The position numbers and the translations under genes were made by a program. This document shows, one piece after another, positions 1 to 9,331 of a stretch of 64,000 bases of DNA (its first letter is position 1; every line of letters begins with the position of its first letter). The stretch comes from Candidatus Multivorans sp. Its GTDB lineage: Bacteria; Acidobacteriota; Thermoanaerobaculia; Multivoradales; Multivoraceae. The stretch is taken from positions 4,387,689 to 4,451,688 of the forward strand of contig OZ251997.1 in NCBI GenBank assembly GCA_965247095.1, written 5' to 3'. The notes under the pieces were generated by a model. It did no database searches, had not been told where the DNA came from, and saw only the letters and a program-made list of their open reading frames with translations.

Positions 1-2188
1 GGTAGCGCTCCATCTCGGCTGCCGCCTCTTCGTCCCGGCCGAGGCGTCTCAGTACCTGCGCCAGCCCGTAGGCGGCCTCGCTGTGCTCGGGCGCCAGGCC
101 AACCGCTCGGCGGTAAACGGCTTCAGCCCGCGTGAGGCGGTCTCGTCCTTCGGAGGCTGTTGCCTCGCCGGCGGCGCCGCCCCAGGCGCGGCCCAGTTCG
201 GTCAGCAGGGCTGCGTCCGGCTCGGTCAGCGTCGCCGCGAGCTCCAGGGACTCAGCCGCCTCCAGGTGTGCGCCGCGCCAGAGGAGCAGACCGCCGAGCA
301 GCCGGTGCGCTGCCGCGGACGAGGGCAGGAGAGCAGCCGCCTCGCGGGCCTGTAGCTCGGCTTCTGCCGGCTTGTTGTTCTCCCAGAGCGTGGACGCGAG
401 GTCGAGGCGCAGGGAGGCGTCAAGGGGATCATGAGAAACGGCGCGGAGGAGCGGCTCTTCCGCCGCCTGGAAGTTGCGGCTGCGCATCTGCTCGCGCCCG
501 ATCCGCGCCCAGGCGCGTTCCTCGTTCGCCTCAGCCTCCTCCGCGTTCGGAGCGCCGCCGATTCGTTCGAGATGGCCTCGCGCCGGCGCGTCGTCGGGCC
601 GGACCTCGAGCAACCTTTCGAGGAGTCCACGTGCTTCCTCGTTGCGGTCGATGCTCATCAGCAGGACGGCGTAGTCGGCCAGCACCGCGGGATGGCCGGG
701 TTGATCTTCGAGGGCTTGACGGAACATCTCCTCGGCCTCGACCAGACGCTCGAGTGACATCAGCACGGCCCCCCGCTGGTAGAGACCGTCGGCACGCCCC
801 GGCGCCGCGACGAGCGCCTGGTCGGCGGCGGTCAGCGCCTCTTCGCCGCGGCCGGCGCCCAGCAGAATGGAGGATGCGGCATAGGCGGGCCGGGGGTCGG
901 TCGGCGCCAACTGCGCCTCCCGGGCGAGGATGCCGAGCGCCGCCTCGACATCGCCGGCGGTGGCCAGTTCCAGGGCCTCCCGCACCTCGCGGCCGGTCGG
1001 GTCGGCGATGTCGCGCCGCATCCGGTTGACCGAGGCGACCTCGTTGCCTGCTGCCCGCGACAGCGTCTGGAATCGCTCCAGGACCTCCCTTGCCTCCTCG
1101 CGCTCGTCGCTGGCGGCAAGCGCCTGTCCGAGCGCCTGGTAGGCGTCCGGAGTGTCCGGCTCGAGTTCGGTGGCCAGACGCAGGAACGGCACCGCACGCT
1201 CGGCCTCGCCGGCCGAATGGAGGAAGCGACCGTACTCGAGCACGACGTCCCGGGCCACGGGAGGCGGATTCTCCGGCGGCGGGCTGTTGGGCAGCGGCTC
1301 GGCGAACGGCGCCAGCGTCTTGATCGCTTCCTGCAGGCGGCCTGCCTGAAAGTAGGCGCTCGCGAGCAGGACCGCATCCTCGGGGCCGCTGGTCGGGGCG
1401 GCCTCGATTTGGCCGAGAGCGGCATCTGCGTCGCCGACCACCAGGTAGGCGCGGGCGAGAGTGCGCCGGATGGCGCCGTCGATGCCGGGAGGCGGCTCGT
1501 CGGCCAGAAGGCGCAGTTCGTTGATCGCGCCCCGGGGGTCCGCTTGTTGGAGCAGGACCTGCGCTCGGAGCATCTTGAGGCCGGGATCGTCGCCGCTCAG
1601 TCCTTCGAGCAACGTCTCGGCTTCGGGCGTTCGCTCGAGGACGATTGCGCCTGCCGCCGCCGCCATCCGGGCTTCGTGGTCCTGCGGGTTGGCCGCGGTC
1701 CAGGGTCGCAGGAACGCGTAGGCCTCGGCCGGTTGTCCGACTCGCCCCAGCAGCATGCCGAGCGAGCGCAGCGCCGGCGAGCGGGGCTGGATCGCCAGGG
1801 AGCGCCGATAGTAGACACCCGCCGCCTGGCGCCGTCCGAGCGCTTCGGCGGCGCGGCCGGCGTTGTAGAGCACGCCCGGATCGGCCGGTTCGGGGGCCGC
1901 CAGCGGCGCCAGGATCTCGATCGCCCTCTCCATGTTGCCCGCCTCGACGTGCAGACTGCCGAGCAGGGCGAACGCCGCGTCCGGTGCGTCGTCCTCGGCG
2001 CAGAGCGCCTCCGCCAAGGCGATGGCGCCGGCCAGATCTCCGGCGCCGGCGCGCTCCAGAACCTCGGCCATGGCGGCAGGGAGTTCCGGGACGGGGGCGA
2101 TCTGCTGAGCAGGACGTGGCGCCGCTGTCCCCATCGCGGAGTGTGCCGCCAAAACCACAAAGGTGGCGACAAGGACCGGAGGGTTCAT
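1..2188 (-). CDS. Secreted TPR-repeat protein; N-terminus inside window, C-terminus runs off the window start
   Basis: Absent from the ORF list because there is no in-window stop. The reverse-complement frame with ATG at 2186-2188 gives MNPPVLVATFVVLAAHSAMG... (signal peptide) followed by repeated TPR-like 34-aa units (e.g. ...AEAAYGLAQVLRRLGRDEEAAAEMERY near the window start). The listed 531..2462 Arg-rich ORF is the wrong frame of this gene. Confidence 0.6.
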   Translation of the reverse strand, partial: MNPPVLVATFVVLAAHSAMGTAAPRPAQQIAPVPELPAAMAEVLERAGAGDLAGAIALAEALCAEDDAPDAAFALLGSLHVEAGNMERAIEILAPLAAPEPADPGVLYNAGRAAEALGRRQAAGVYYRRSLAIQPRSPALRSLGMLLGRVGQPAEAYAFLRPWTAANPQDHEARMAAAAGAIVLERTPEAETLLEGLSGDDPGLKMLRAQVLLQQADPRGAINELRLLADEPPPGIDGAIRRTLARAYLVVGDADAALGQIEAAPTSGPEDAVLLASAYFQAGRLQEAIKTLAPFAEPLPNSPPPENPPPVARDVVLEYGRFLHSAGEAERAVPFLRLATELEPDTPDAYQALGQALAASDEREEAREVLERFQTLSRAAGNEVASVNRMRRDIADPTGREVREALELATAGDVEAALGILAREAQLAPTDPRPAYAASSILLGAGRGEEALTAADQALVAAPGRADGLYQRGAVLMSLERLVEAEEMFRQALEDQPGHPAVLADYAVLLMSIDRNEEARGLLERLLEVRPDDAPARGHLERIGGAPNAEEAEANEERAWARIGREQMRSRNFQAAEEPLLRAVSHDPLDASLRLDLASTLWENNKPAEAELQAREAAALLPSSAAAHRLLGGLLLWRGAHLEAAESLELAATLTEPDAALLTELGRAWGGAAGEATASEGRDRLTRAEAVYRRAVGLAPEHSEAAYGLAQVLRRLGRDEEAAAEMERY

Positions 2189-2197
2189 GCGGCGATG

Positions 2198-3901
2198 CTA
2201 TCTCCGCAGCCGGACGCGCCGGTTGGCCGGCAGGTCGCGCAGCACGAGGGCTTTCTCCGCGGGAGGTTGGCGCACGGTCAGGCGTTCGACCCGTTCCTCG
2301 TCCCCGAGTCCGAAGAAGAGGGTCTGGGTGCTCTGAGACAGGTAGGACGAGCCCGCCCGCACTTCTCGAATCTGCGTCCCTCCACCTGTCGTGAGCACCA
2401 CTCGGGCGCCGATCGTTCCAGGGCCGCTCCCGTTGTGCGAAGAGAAGCCGAACGCAAGCCACCTCCCGGAAGTCCGGTTCTCGTACGTTTCGGATAGCTG
2501 GTTCGAGTTGACGACCACCACGTCGAGGTCGCCGTCGAGATCGAGGTCGGCGACCGCCGAGCCGCGGCTGGTGCGCACGGCGTCGAGACCGACATCGCGC
2601 CGCTCCCGGAAGCGCCCACCGCCCAGGTTCTCGAACAGTTGGTTGGGTTGCTCGTACGTTCCGACTTCGCCGATACGCGCCGCGTTCGGCTGGATGTGGC
2701 CGTTGGCCACGAACAGGTCGAGATCACCGTCGAGGTCGGCGTCCAGGGCATTGACACCGAAAGCCAGGCGCTGCAGCGAAGGCTGGGCCAGCCCCGACGG
2801 GAAGCGCTGGTCGAGGAAGACACCGCCGCCGGCGCTGCGGTAGAAGGCGTTCGTCTCGAGCGCGAAGTTGGTCACCACCAGGTCCTGTAGACCGTCGCCG
2901 TCGAGGTCGGCCAGTTCGACCCCCATCCCGGCCTCCGCGTTGCCGCTTCGGTCATAGGCGGCGCCGGAGAGCAGCGACTCGTCCTCGAACCGGCCGCCGC
3001 CGAGACCGCGGAAAAGCAGGTTCGGATCCTTGTCGTTGGCCACGTACAGATCGGGCCAGCGGTCACCGTCGAGATCGCCGATCACCACGCCGAGGCCTGC
3101 CTCGGCGACGGTGTCGAGGCCGCTGGCGGCGGTCGCGTCGACGAAGTACCCGTTGCCGTCGTTGAGGTAGAGGCGGTCCGGCACGCCGTTGTACATGTCG
3201 GGGTGGCAGTAGCCGCGTTCGGGCTTGCCGGTGTCGCCGTCCGACCTCTTGTTTGAGGCGCCAAGGCCGCAGAACTTGTTGTTCGTGACCGAGAAGTCGG
3301 TGTAGTTCGCCACGTAGAGGTCGAGGTCGCCGTCCAGGTCGATGTCGCCGAAGGCGGCCGAGGCGCTCCAGCGGGGATCGTCGACGCCTCGCTCCGTGCC
3401 GGCGGCCCGGAAGCTGCCGTCGCCCAGGTTCAGAAAGAGCTCGTTGTTGCCGAATGCAGTGACGTAGAGGTCGAAGTCGCCGTCGCCGTCGATGTCGCCC
3501 GCGGCGCCGCCGATGCCGTAGCCGCCGATGTCGATGCCGGCTGGGCCCGTCACATCGGCGAAACGCGGGGAACCGGCGCCCGTGTCGTTGCGCAACAGCC
3601 GGGATCGCGGCGGCGGACCGTCGTATCCGGGGAGGATCCCGCCGTCGACGAAGAAGACGTCGTCGTCGCCGTCGCCGTCGTAGTCGAAGAGCACGACCCC
3701 GCCTGCCATCGTCTCGACCATGTACATCCGGCCCGAGACTCCGGCGTTGTGCTTGAAGTCGAGTCCCCAGGCAACGCTGACCTCTCGGAAGGTGACTTCG
3801 CCGCCGGCAGCGGAAGTCGCCAGAGCTGCAATGCCGGACAGGCCGGCCGCTGCCAGACGCGCTATGCAGGCGCCCCGCTTGCTTTCGGCCGGCGTGTTCA
3901 T
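2198..3901 (-). CDS. ASPIC/UnbV-domain protein (CRTAC1-like), secreted, FG-GAP/VCBS repeats
   Basis: 567-aa ORF with an N-terminal signal-like segment, repeated Ca-binding DxDxDG loops (DYDGDGDDDVFFVDGG, DIDGDGDFDLYVTAFG, DLDGDLDLYVAN) and a C-terminal UnbV/ASPIC segment (...IREVRAGSSYLSQSTQTLFFGLGD...). Overlaps the next gene by 4 nt. Confidence 0.85.
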   Translation of the reverse strand: MNTPAESKRGACIARLAAAGLSGIAALATSAAGGEVTFREVSVAWGLDFKHNAGVSGRMYMVETMAGGVVLFDYDGDGDDDVFFVDGGILPGYDGPPPRSRLLRNDTGAGSPRFADVTGPAGIDIGGYGIGGAAGDIDGDGDFDLYVTAFGNNELFLNLGDGSFRAAGTERGVDDPRWSASAAFGDIDLDGDLDLYVANYTDFSVTNNKFCGLGASNKRSDGDTGKPERGYCHPDMYNGVPDRLYLNDGNGYFVDATAASGLDTVAEAGLGVVIGDLDGDRWPDLYVANDKDPNLLFRGLGGGRFEDESLLSGAAYDRSGNAEAGMGVELADLDGDGLQDLVVTNFALETNAFYRSAGGGVFLDQRFPSGLAQPSLQRLAFGVNALDADLDGDLDLFVANGHIQPNAARIGEVGTYEQPNQLFENLGGGRFRERRDVGLDAVRTSRGSAVADLDLDGDLDVVVVNSNQLSETYENRTSGRWLAFGFSSHNGSGPGTIGARVVLTTGGGTQIREVRAGSSYLSQSTQTLFFGLGDEERVERLTVRQPPAEKALVLRDLPANRRVRLRR

Positions 3902-5607
3902 CGGACCACCCGCACACGCTGCCCGAGCGCCAGTCCCGGCAGCCGCAGGCTGCCCTGCCTGGGCCAGCGAATCCTGAGCTCGACGACTCCGGCGGGCGCC
4001 TCGGCATCGCCGGCCTCGTCTGCGTTGCCGGAGACTGGCACACCGAAGGTCTGGGTCAGCGGATTCTGGGACAGGTAGGACGAGCCGGCCCGGATCTCGC
4101 GCCGCTGGTTCCCGCCCCGCGACCGAAGCTCAAGCAACGCGCCGATTGCACGCCGGTTGGGTGTCCCGGTGTCGAGCAGGTCCACCTGGATCGCCTCGCC
4201 TCGAAGGTCGCTCTCGTTGCGGTAGGCCTCCGCGTGGTCATTGCTGTTCGCGATGACGAGATCGAGATCGCCGTCGAGATCGAAATCGGCGGTGGCCAGC
4301 CCGCGGCTGACGCGAACGGCTGAGATGCCGCTATCCTGGATTTCTACGAACCGGCCGCCGAGGTTCTCGAGGAGTTGGTTGGGCTGCTTGTAGGCCGCGC
4401 CGCCGAAACCTTCGTGTTCGGTGATGTTGTGGATCACGTGGCCGTTCGCGACCGCGAGGTCGAGGTCGCCATCGAGATCGAAGTCGGCCAGGTCGGTTCC
4501 GAAACCGACCCAGGGCATGGACGGTTCGGCGATGCCGGCGATGAACCGTCGCTCGAGGAACAGCCCGTCGCCCCGGTTCGCGTAGAGGGCGTTGGTCTGC
4601 CGGTCGAGGTGGGTGATGATCAGGTCCTCGAAACCGTTGCCGTCGATGTCGCCGACGGCAATGCCCATGCCGGCCTCGGGCTCGCCGCGGTCCGACAGCG
4701 CGGTGCCGGCGAGAAGAGCATCGTCCTCGAAACGAAGACCCTCCGCAGTGGCCCGGTTCAGGAAGTGCAGGTTGGGGTCCATGTCGTTTGCGACGTAGAT
4801 GTCGGGCCTCCGGTCGTCGTCGAAGTCCGTGATGACGACGCCCAGGCCGGCGCCGCGAGCTTCACCGAAGCCGAACTCCGCCGTCGCGTCTACGAAGGAG
4901 GTCCGGCCCTGTTCGCGGTAGTCGTTGCGGTAGAAGCGGTCCGGCAGAGGGTCGTAGGCATCCGGGTGGCAGTAGGAGCGGATGCCGCGTTCCGGTTGGC
5001 CGCAGAGCTGGTTGTTGTCGTAGCTGAAGTCGACGTAGTTCGTGACGTAGAGGTCGAGATCGCCGTCCAGATCCACATCGCCGAACGCTGCCGAGGCGCT
5101 CCAGGAAGGGTCGGCGGCGGCGTTGTCCGGCGGTGCGGCACGGAAGGCGCCGTCGCCGTCGTTCAGCCATAGCCGATTCGGCCCGAAGGCGGTCAGGTAG
5201 AGATCGGGATCGCCGTCCCCGTCGACATCGCCGGCCACGGCGCCCATGCCGTAACTGTCGAGGAGGATGCCCGACGGGTCCGTTACGTCGACGAAACGGC
5301 CACCTTCGTTGGCCAGGTCATTGCGCAGCAGGGTCGTCCGGCCAGGCTTGCCGCCGTAGGGCGCTGGCTCGCCGCTGTCCACGAACAGCAGGTCGTCGTC
5401 GCCGTCGCCGTCGTAGTCGAACGCGACCACGCCGCTGCCCACCGTCTCGACCATGTAGTAGTCGCCCCGCCCGCCATGGTGGTGACGGAAATCGATGCCC
5501 CAGACTTCGGCGGCGTCCACGAAACGGAGGGCCCGGTCGCCTGCCGCTTCGTCGGCCGCGGTCATCGCGAGCGCGGCCGCGAGGGTTGGGATCAGGGCGA
5601 GAACCAC
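3898..5607 (-). CDS. ASPIC/UnbV-domain protein (paralog 2)
   Basis: 569 aa with the same architecture (DYDGDGDDDLLFVDSG, DVDGDGDPDLYLTAFG ... EIRAGSSYLSQNPLTQTFGV), clearly paralogous to 2198..3901. Confidence 0.85.
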   Translation of the reverse strand: MVLALIPTLAAALAMTAADEAAGDRALRFVDAAEVWGIDFRHHHGGRGDYYMVETVGSGVVAFDYDGDGDDDLLFVDSGEPAPYGGKPGRTTLLRNDLANEGGRFVDVTDPSGILLDSYGMGAVAGDVDGDGDPDLYLTAFGPNRLWLNDGDGAFRAAPPDNAAADPSWSASAAFGDVDLDGDLDLYVTNYVDFSYDNNQLCGQPERGIRSYCHPDAYDPLPDRFYRNDYREQGRTSFVDATAEFGFGEARGAGLGVVITDFDDDRRPDIYVANDMDPNLHFLNRATAEGLRFEDDALLAGTALSDRGEPEAGMGIAVGDIDGNGFEDLIITHLDRQTNALYANRGDGLFLERRFIAGIAEPSMPWVGFGTDLADFDLDGDLDLAVANGHVIHNITEHEGFGGAAYKQPNQLLENLGGRFVEIQDSGISAVRVSRGLATADFDLDGDLDLVIANSNDHAEAYRNESDLRGEAIQVDLLDTGTPNRRAIGALLELRSRGGNQRREIRAGSSYLSQNPLTQTFGVPVSGNADEAGDAEAPAGVVELRIRWPRQGSLRLPGLALGQRVRVVR

Positions 5608-7550
5608 GGTTCGCGCACCGGTTCGTTGTTCTGGTAGGAGCGGAGACGGAACTCCTGGCCCGGAGTCGGCGAGCCGCCGCGATTCCTGACCTCCTCGAGC
5701 ACTTGCCTCTGCAGGGCCGCGGCGCGCTCGAAATCGCCGACTTCGGCGAGCGCCATCGCGAGCGTCTCGCCGTGCTCCAGCGTCGGCCGCTCCGACATCA
5801 GGCGCTGGGCGATGGCCAGCGCCTCGCGGCCGTTGCGAACGCTCGGGTCGGAACTCGCTGCCAGCAGCCGCGCCAGCAGGGTGTCCAGGTGGTCCATCGC
5901 GCCGGCAGCCCGATCCTCGGTGCTCAGCAGCGCCTGGCGACCGCTGGCCAGGGCCCCGCGGGCCGACGCGTAGCGCTTGCCGAGAATGAGGGCCATGGCG
6001 CGGGCGCCGTGCCAGGCCCCGTTCGCTGGATCGCGGGTCAGCGCTCGAGCGAAGTGGCCGGCGGCTTCCGGGTAGCGCTCCTGTTGCGCCAAGAGGCGTC
6101 CGAGCAGGGCGTGGGCCTCAGCGAAGTCGGGATCGAGCTCAACTGCCTCTTGGAGGTGGAAGGCGGGGTTGCCGGTGTCCTCGTGGGCCGGCTCTTCGTT
6201 GGGCAGCGCGCCGCCTCTTTCCGCCTCGGCGAGAACCGCCAGACGGTAGTGGGCTTCGGCGCGTTCCCGCGGTGCGCCCGGGGCGGCCTCGAGCACATCG
6301 AACAGGGCGGTCCGGGCCGCCTCCGGATCCCCCGCGGCCTGGTGTGCGGCGCCCAGGGCCAACTGGGCTATCGGCATCGCCGCGTCCTTTTCCAGCACGT
6401 CACCCAGCAGCGCGATCGCCTCCGGCGCCCCGCCAAGTCGAGTCAGTACTTCGGCGTGACGGACCCGCGCCTCGAGGTCGTCGGGATCGATCTCGACCGC
6501 CCGCCGGAGGTGGCGTTCGGCACCCTCCAGGTCGCCCCGCTCGGCCAGGATGAGCGCAAGGTTGTAGTGCGGTTCGCGGTAGCTGTCGTCTATGTCGACC
6601 GCGCGGCGCATGTGCACTTCGGCGCCTGCCTTGTCGCCGAGTTCGATCAGCGCCATGCCGACGTTGAACAACGTGACGGGGTCGTCGGGGAGGGCCTCCA
6701 GTGCGGCTTCAAAGGCGCTTAGCGCGGCCTGAGCGTCGCCTCGGCGCATCGCGTCGGTGCCGCGCTTGAAGTGCGCCTCGCGACTGGCGTTCAGCCGCTG
6801 CAGGGCCGCGAACAGCGGGTCGGGAAAGCCGACGCGAATGTGCTGATTCCGTTCCAGGTGGAGCGCCGCCTCCTCGCGCCGGCCCAGCCGTCGGAGCGCC
6901 AACCCGATGTGGTGGTGAATGGCGGACCCGTCGGGTTGTCCCCTGAGCGCGGTCTCGAAGCGTTCGGCCGCGCGCTCGAACTCTCCGCGTTCGTAGTCGA
7001 TCCGGCCGAGGCCGAAGCGGGCGGCGGAGTACTGCTGATCGAGTTCCAGGATTCGCACATAGTCGCGCTCGGCGTCGTCGACGCGGCCGAGTTCGAGCAG
7101 GGCGTCGCCGCGGCGGGTTCGTGCCGCGAGGTCGCGGGGCGCCAGTGCAAGAACCCGGTCGAGTGCAGCGACCGTACTTTCGATGTTGCCTTCGAACGTC
7201 TCGTGAACGGCCAGAAAGTAGGGCCAGCGTGGATCGGCGGGAGCGAGCGTTTCGGCGTTGCGGAGAGCGGCGGCGGCGGGCCCCATGAAGTCGTACAGGA
7301 GGTAGAGCTGACCGAGATGGCCGAAGGCGGCTGCCAACTCGGCGTCGTCGGACTCGGGCGCTTCGAGCAGGCTGTCGACGCGGGTTCGCGCTGCCGTCAG
7401 TTGAGCCTGCACGGACTGCTCGTAGTGGTCGATCCGTGGCTGATCGAGGGACTCGAGGGCGGGCTGCGCGAGGGCCTGCAGAGGGTTCAGAGTCAAGAGC
7501 GCGACGAGCGTGGCCAGCGTGGCCGCCCCTGTTGACGGTACGGGGTTCAC
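5592..7550 (-). CDS. TPR-repeat protein, probably secreted
   Basis: Listed as 5592..7754, but the first ~68 codons overlap the upstream ASPIC gene and are Arg-rich. A GTG at ~7548-7550 gives (M)NPVPSTGAATLATLVALLTLNPLQALAQP (signal-peptide-like), followed by many TPR-like repeats (AEAHYRLAVLAEAERG..., AEVHMRRAVDIDDSYREPHYNLALILAERGDLEGAERHLRRAVEIDPDD). The start is uncertain. Confidence 0.65.
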   Translation of the reverse strand: MNPVPSTGAATLATLVALLTLNPLQALAQPALESLDQPRIDHYEQSVQAQLTAARTRVDSLLEAPESDDAELAAAFGHLGQLYLLYDFMGPAAAALRNAETLAPADPRWPYFLAVHETFEGNIESTVAALDRVLALAPRDLAARTRRGDALLELGRVDDAERDYVRILELDQQYSAARFGLGRIDYERGEFERAAERFETALRGQPDGSAIHHHIGLALRRLGRREEAALHLERNQHIRVGFPDPLFAALQRLNASREAHFKRGTDAMRRGDAQAALSAFEAALEALPDDPVTLFNVGMALIELGDKAGAEVHMRRAVDIDDSYREPHYNLALILAERGDLEGAERHLRRAVEIDPDDLEARVRHAEVLTRLGGAPEAIALLGDVLEKDAAMPIAQLALGAAHQAAGDPEAARTALFDVLEAAPGAPRERAEAHYRLAVLAEAERGGALPNEEPAHEDTGNPAFHLQEAVELDPDFAEAHALLGRLLAQQERYPEAAGHFARALTRDPANGAWHGARAMALILGKRYASARGALASGRQALLSTEDRAAGAMDHLDTLLARLLAASSDPSVRNGREALAIAQRLMSERPTLEHGETLAMALAEVGDFERAAALQRQVLEEVRNRGGSPTPGQEFRLRSYQNNEPVREPWFSP

Positions 7551-9331
7551 CGCGATGCACCTGTTGCCGCGGCGTCGGGCTCGCCGAGGCCGCGGACCAG
7601 GGTGAAGTACCGGCCCAGGCCGCCGGGAGTGAAGACCTCGCGACCACCGCCGGGCCAGGAGACGACGACGGTCGGGGCTGCGCCGGCAGCGACGAAGGCG
7701 ATGCGGGGATCGTTGGACGCCGCATAGGAACCGTCGGTGTGGAAGCGTCGCCAACGGCGTACGGTGTCATTCCCGGCGTCGCGTACGCCGACCCAGGCGC
7801 CGAGAGCGCGGCGTCCGGGTGTGCTCTCGTCTTTGCCCGCGAGTCGCAGATCGACTCCGGCCCAGGCTTGCGACGCCGGCCGGAGTTGGTTGACGAGAAC
7901 GCGCGCCGGGCCGTTGTTGGTCGCGACCACGAGATCCGGGTCGCCGTCGTTGTCCAGATCACCCGCGGCCAGCCCCCGGCTCACTTCGGAGACGATGGGG
8001 CTCTCGAAGTCCAGGATCTCCTCGAAGCGGCCGTTGCCGAGCCCGCGGAACAGTTGATCCGTCTGCCGCAGCGGCAGCGATTCACCCGCCCGGAATTGCT
8101 CCTCGATCCGCTTGACGGCGCCGTTGGCAACGTAGATGTCGAGTTCGCCGTCCAGGTCGTAGTCGAGCGCCGCAGTGCCGAAGCCGGTGTAGGAGAAGCT
8201 GGGGCGTCCCAGACCGCTGGCGCGTGTGACGTCGTCCCAGATGCCGTCGCCAAGGTTCAGATAGAGCGTGTTTGTTTCCCGGCGGAGATGGGTCATGAAG
8301 AGGTCGACCAGGCCGTCGCCGTTGAAGTCCTCCGCCAGCACGCCCATGCTCGCCTGCGGTTGGCCCGACGCGCTGACGGACGTACCGGCCATGACCGCGT
8401 CGTCGACGAAGGTGGCGCCATCGCGATTGAGCAGCAGGGCGTTGGCCTCCTGGTCGTTGGCGACGTAGATGTCGATCAGGCCGTCGCCGTCGAAGTCGGA
8501 TGCGATCGTTCCCAGGGTTGGCCGGGCGAGGTCGGCCAGACCGAGGCGTGCGGTCCAGTCCTCGAACACGCCGCTGCCGCGATTCCTCAGCACGCGGTTC
8601 GCCTCGGCCCGATAGGCCTTCGGCCCGCAGTAGTCCAGCACGCCCTCGGCTGAGGCGCACTGCTTGTGGATGGCGACCCGGAACTCGACGTAGTTACCCA
8701 CGAAGAGGTCGAGGAGACCGTCGGCGTCGAAGTCGAAGAAACTGGCAGCGGCGCTCCAACGCGGATCGGCGGTGCTGCCTTGGGTGATGTTGGTGAACCG
8801 AGCCGCGCCAGGCCCCGATTCGTTGCGCCAGAGCTCGTTCGGCCCCAGGTTCAGAATGTAGAGGTCGGGGTCGCCGTCGTTGTCGATGTCGCCGGCGGTG
8901 ACGCCCATGGCGTAGCCACGGGCGTCGAGCCCGCTTTCGGCGGTGATGTCCGTGAAGCGGAGACCGTCGCTGTCCAGGTCGTTGCGATACAGGCGGTCGC
9001 GCAGGATTGAGTCGCTGGCGTTTCCGGATGCGGGCGAGACGCCCGCGTTCCCAGGCGGCGCCAGCGGGTGCCCCTGGCCGAGGTAGAGGTCGAGGTCGCC
9101 GTCGCCGTCGATGTCGAGCAGCGCGACGGCGCCCCCCATGTGCTCGGCAAAGTAGAGCTTGTCCGTCATTCCGTTCGCGTGTGTGAAATCAACGCCGAGG
9201 TCGGCGGCGCGGTCGACGAAGACCGGCTTCGGATCCTCGGCAGCGAGAGGCTCAGCTATCGCGGCCGCGGCCAGGGCCAGGGCTAGGGCGACCGCTGGTG
9301 ACGGGCAGTTCCCGGACACGATGGACGGCAT
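7547..9331 (-). CDS. ASPIC/UnbV-domain protein (paralog 3) with an in-frame REP-like insertion
   Basis: 594 aa with a signal peptide (MPSIVSGNCPSPAVALALALAAAAIA), FG-GAP loops (DIDGDGDLDLYLGQG, DIDNDGDPDLYILNLG) and a UnbV tail. Relative to the two paralogs it carries an extra ~12 aa (APPGNAGVSPASGNASDS) encoded by a copy of the 32-nt palindromic repeat at 9024-9055. Confidence 0.85.
   Translation of the reverse strand: MPSIVSGNCPSPAVALALALAAAAIAEPLAAEDPKPVFVDRAADLGVDFTHANGMTDKLYFAEHMGGAVALLDIDGDGDLDLYLGQGHPLAPPGNAGVSPASGNASDSILRDRLYRNDLDSDGLRFTDITAESGLDARGYAMGVTAGDIDNDGDPDLYILNLGPNELWRNESGPGAARFTNITQGSTADPRWSAAASFFDFDADGLLDLFVGNYVEFRVAIHKQCASAEGVLDYCGPKAYRAEANRVLRNRGSGVFEDWTARLGLADLARPTLGTIASDFDGDGLIDIYVANDQEANALLLNRDGATFVDDAVMAGTSVSASGQPQASMGVLAEDFNGDGLVDLFMTHLRRETNTLYLNLGDGIWDDVTRASGLGRPSFSYTGFGTAALDYDLDGELDIYVANGAVKRIEEQFRAGESLPLRQTDQLFRGLGNGRFEEILDFESPIVSEVSRGLAAGDLDNDGDPDLVVATNNGPARVLVNQLRPASQAWAGVDLRLAGKDESTPGRRALGAWVGVRDAGNDTVRRWRRFHTDGSYAASNDPRIAFVAAGAAPTVVVSWPGGGREVFTPGGLGRYFTLVRGLGEPDAAATGASR
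9024..9055. repeat. REP-like palindromic element, type A copy, inside a CDS
   Basis: ccggatgcgggcgagacgcccgcgttcccagg: stem GCGGGCG/CGCCCGC. Same family as 16491-16524, 17927-17960, 40470-40501 and 52018-52050. Confidence 0.7.

Noticed and set aside
531-2462. 643-aa Arg/Gly/Pro-rich ORF on the minus strand
   Set aside because: Out-of-frame shadow of the real TPR gene (frame with ATG at 2188). Extreme Arg content and no domain-like segments. Typical high-GC artefact.
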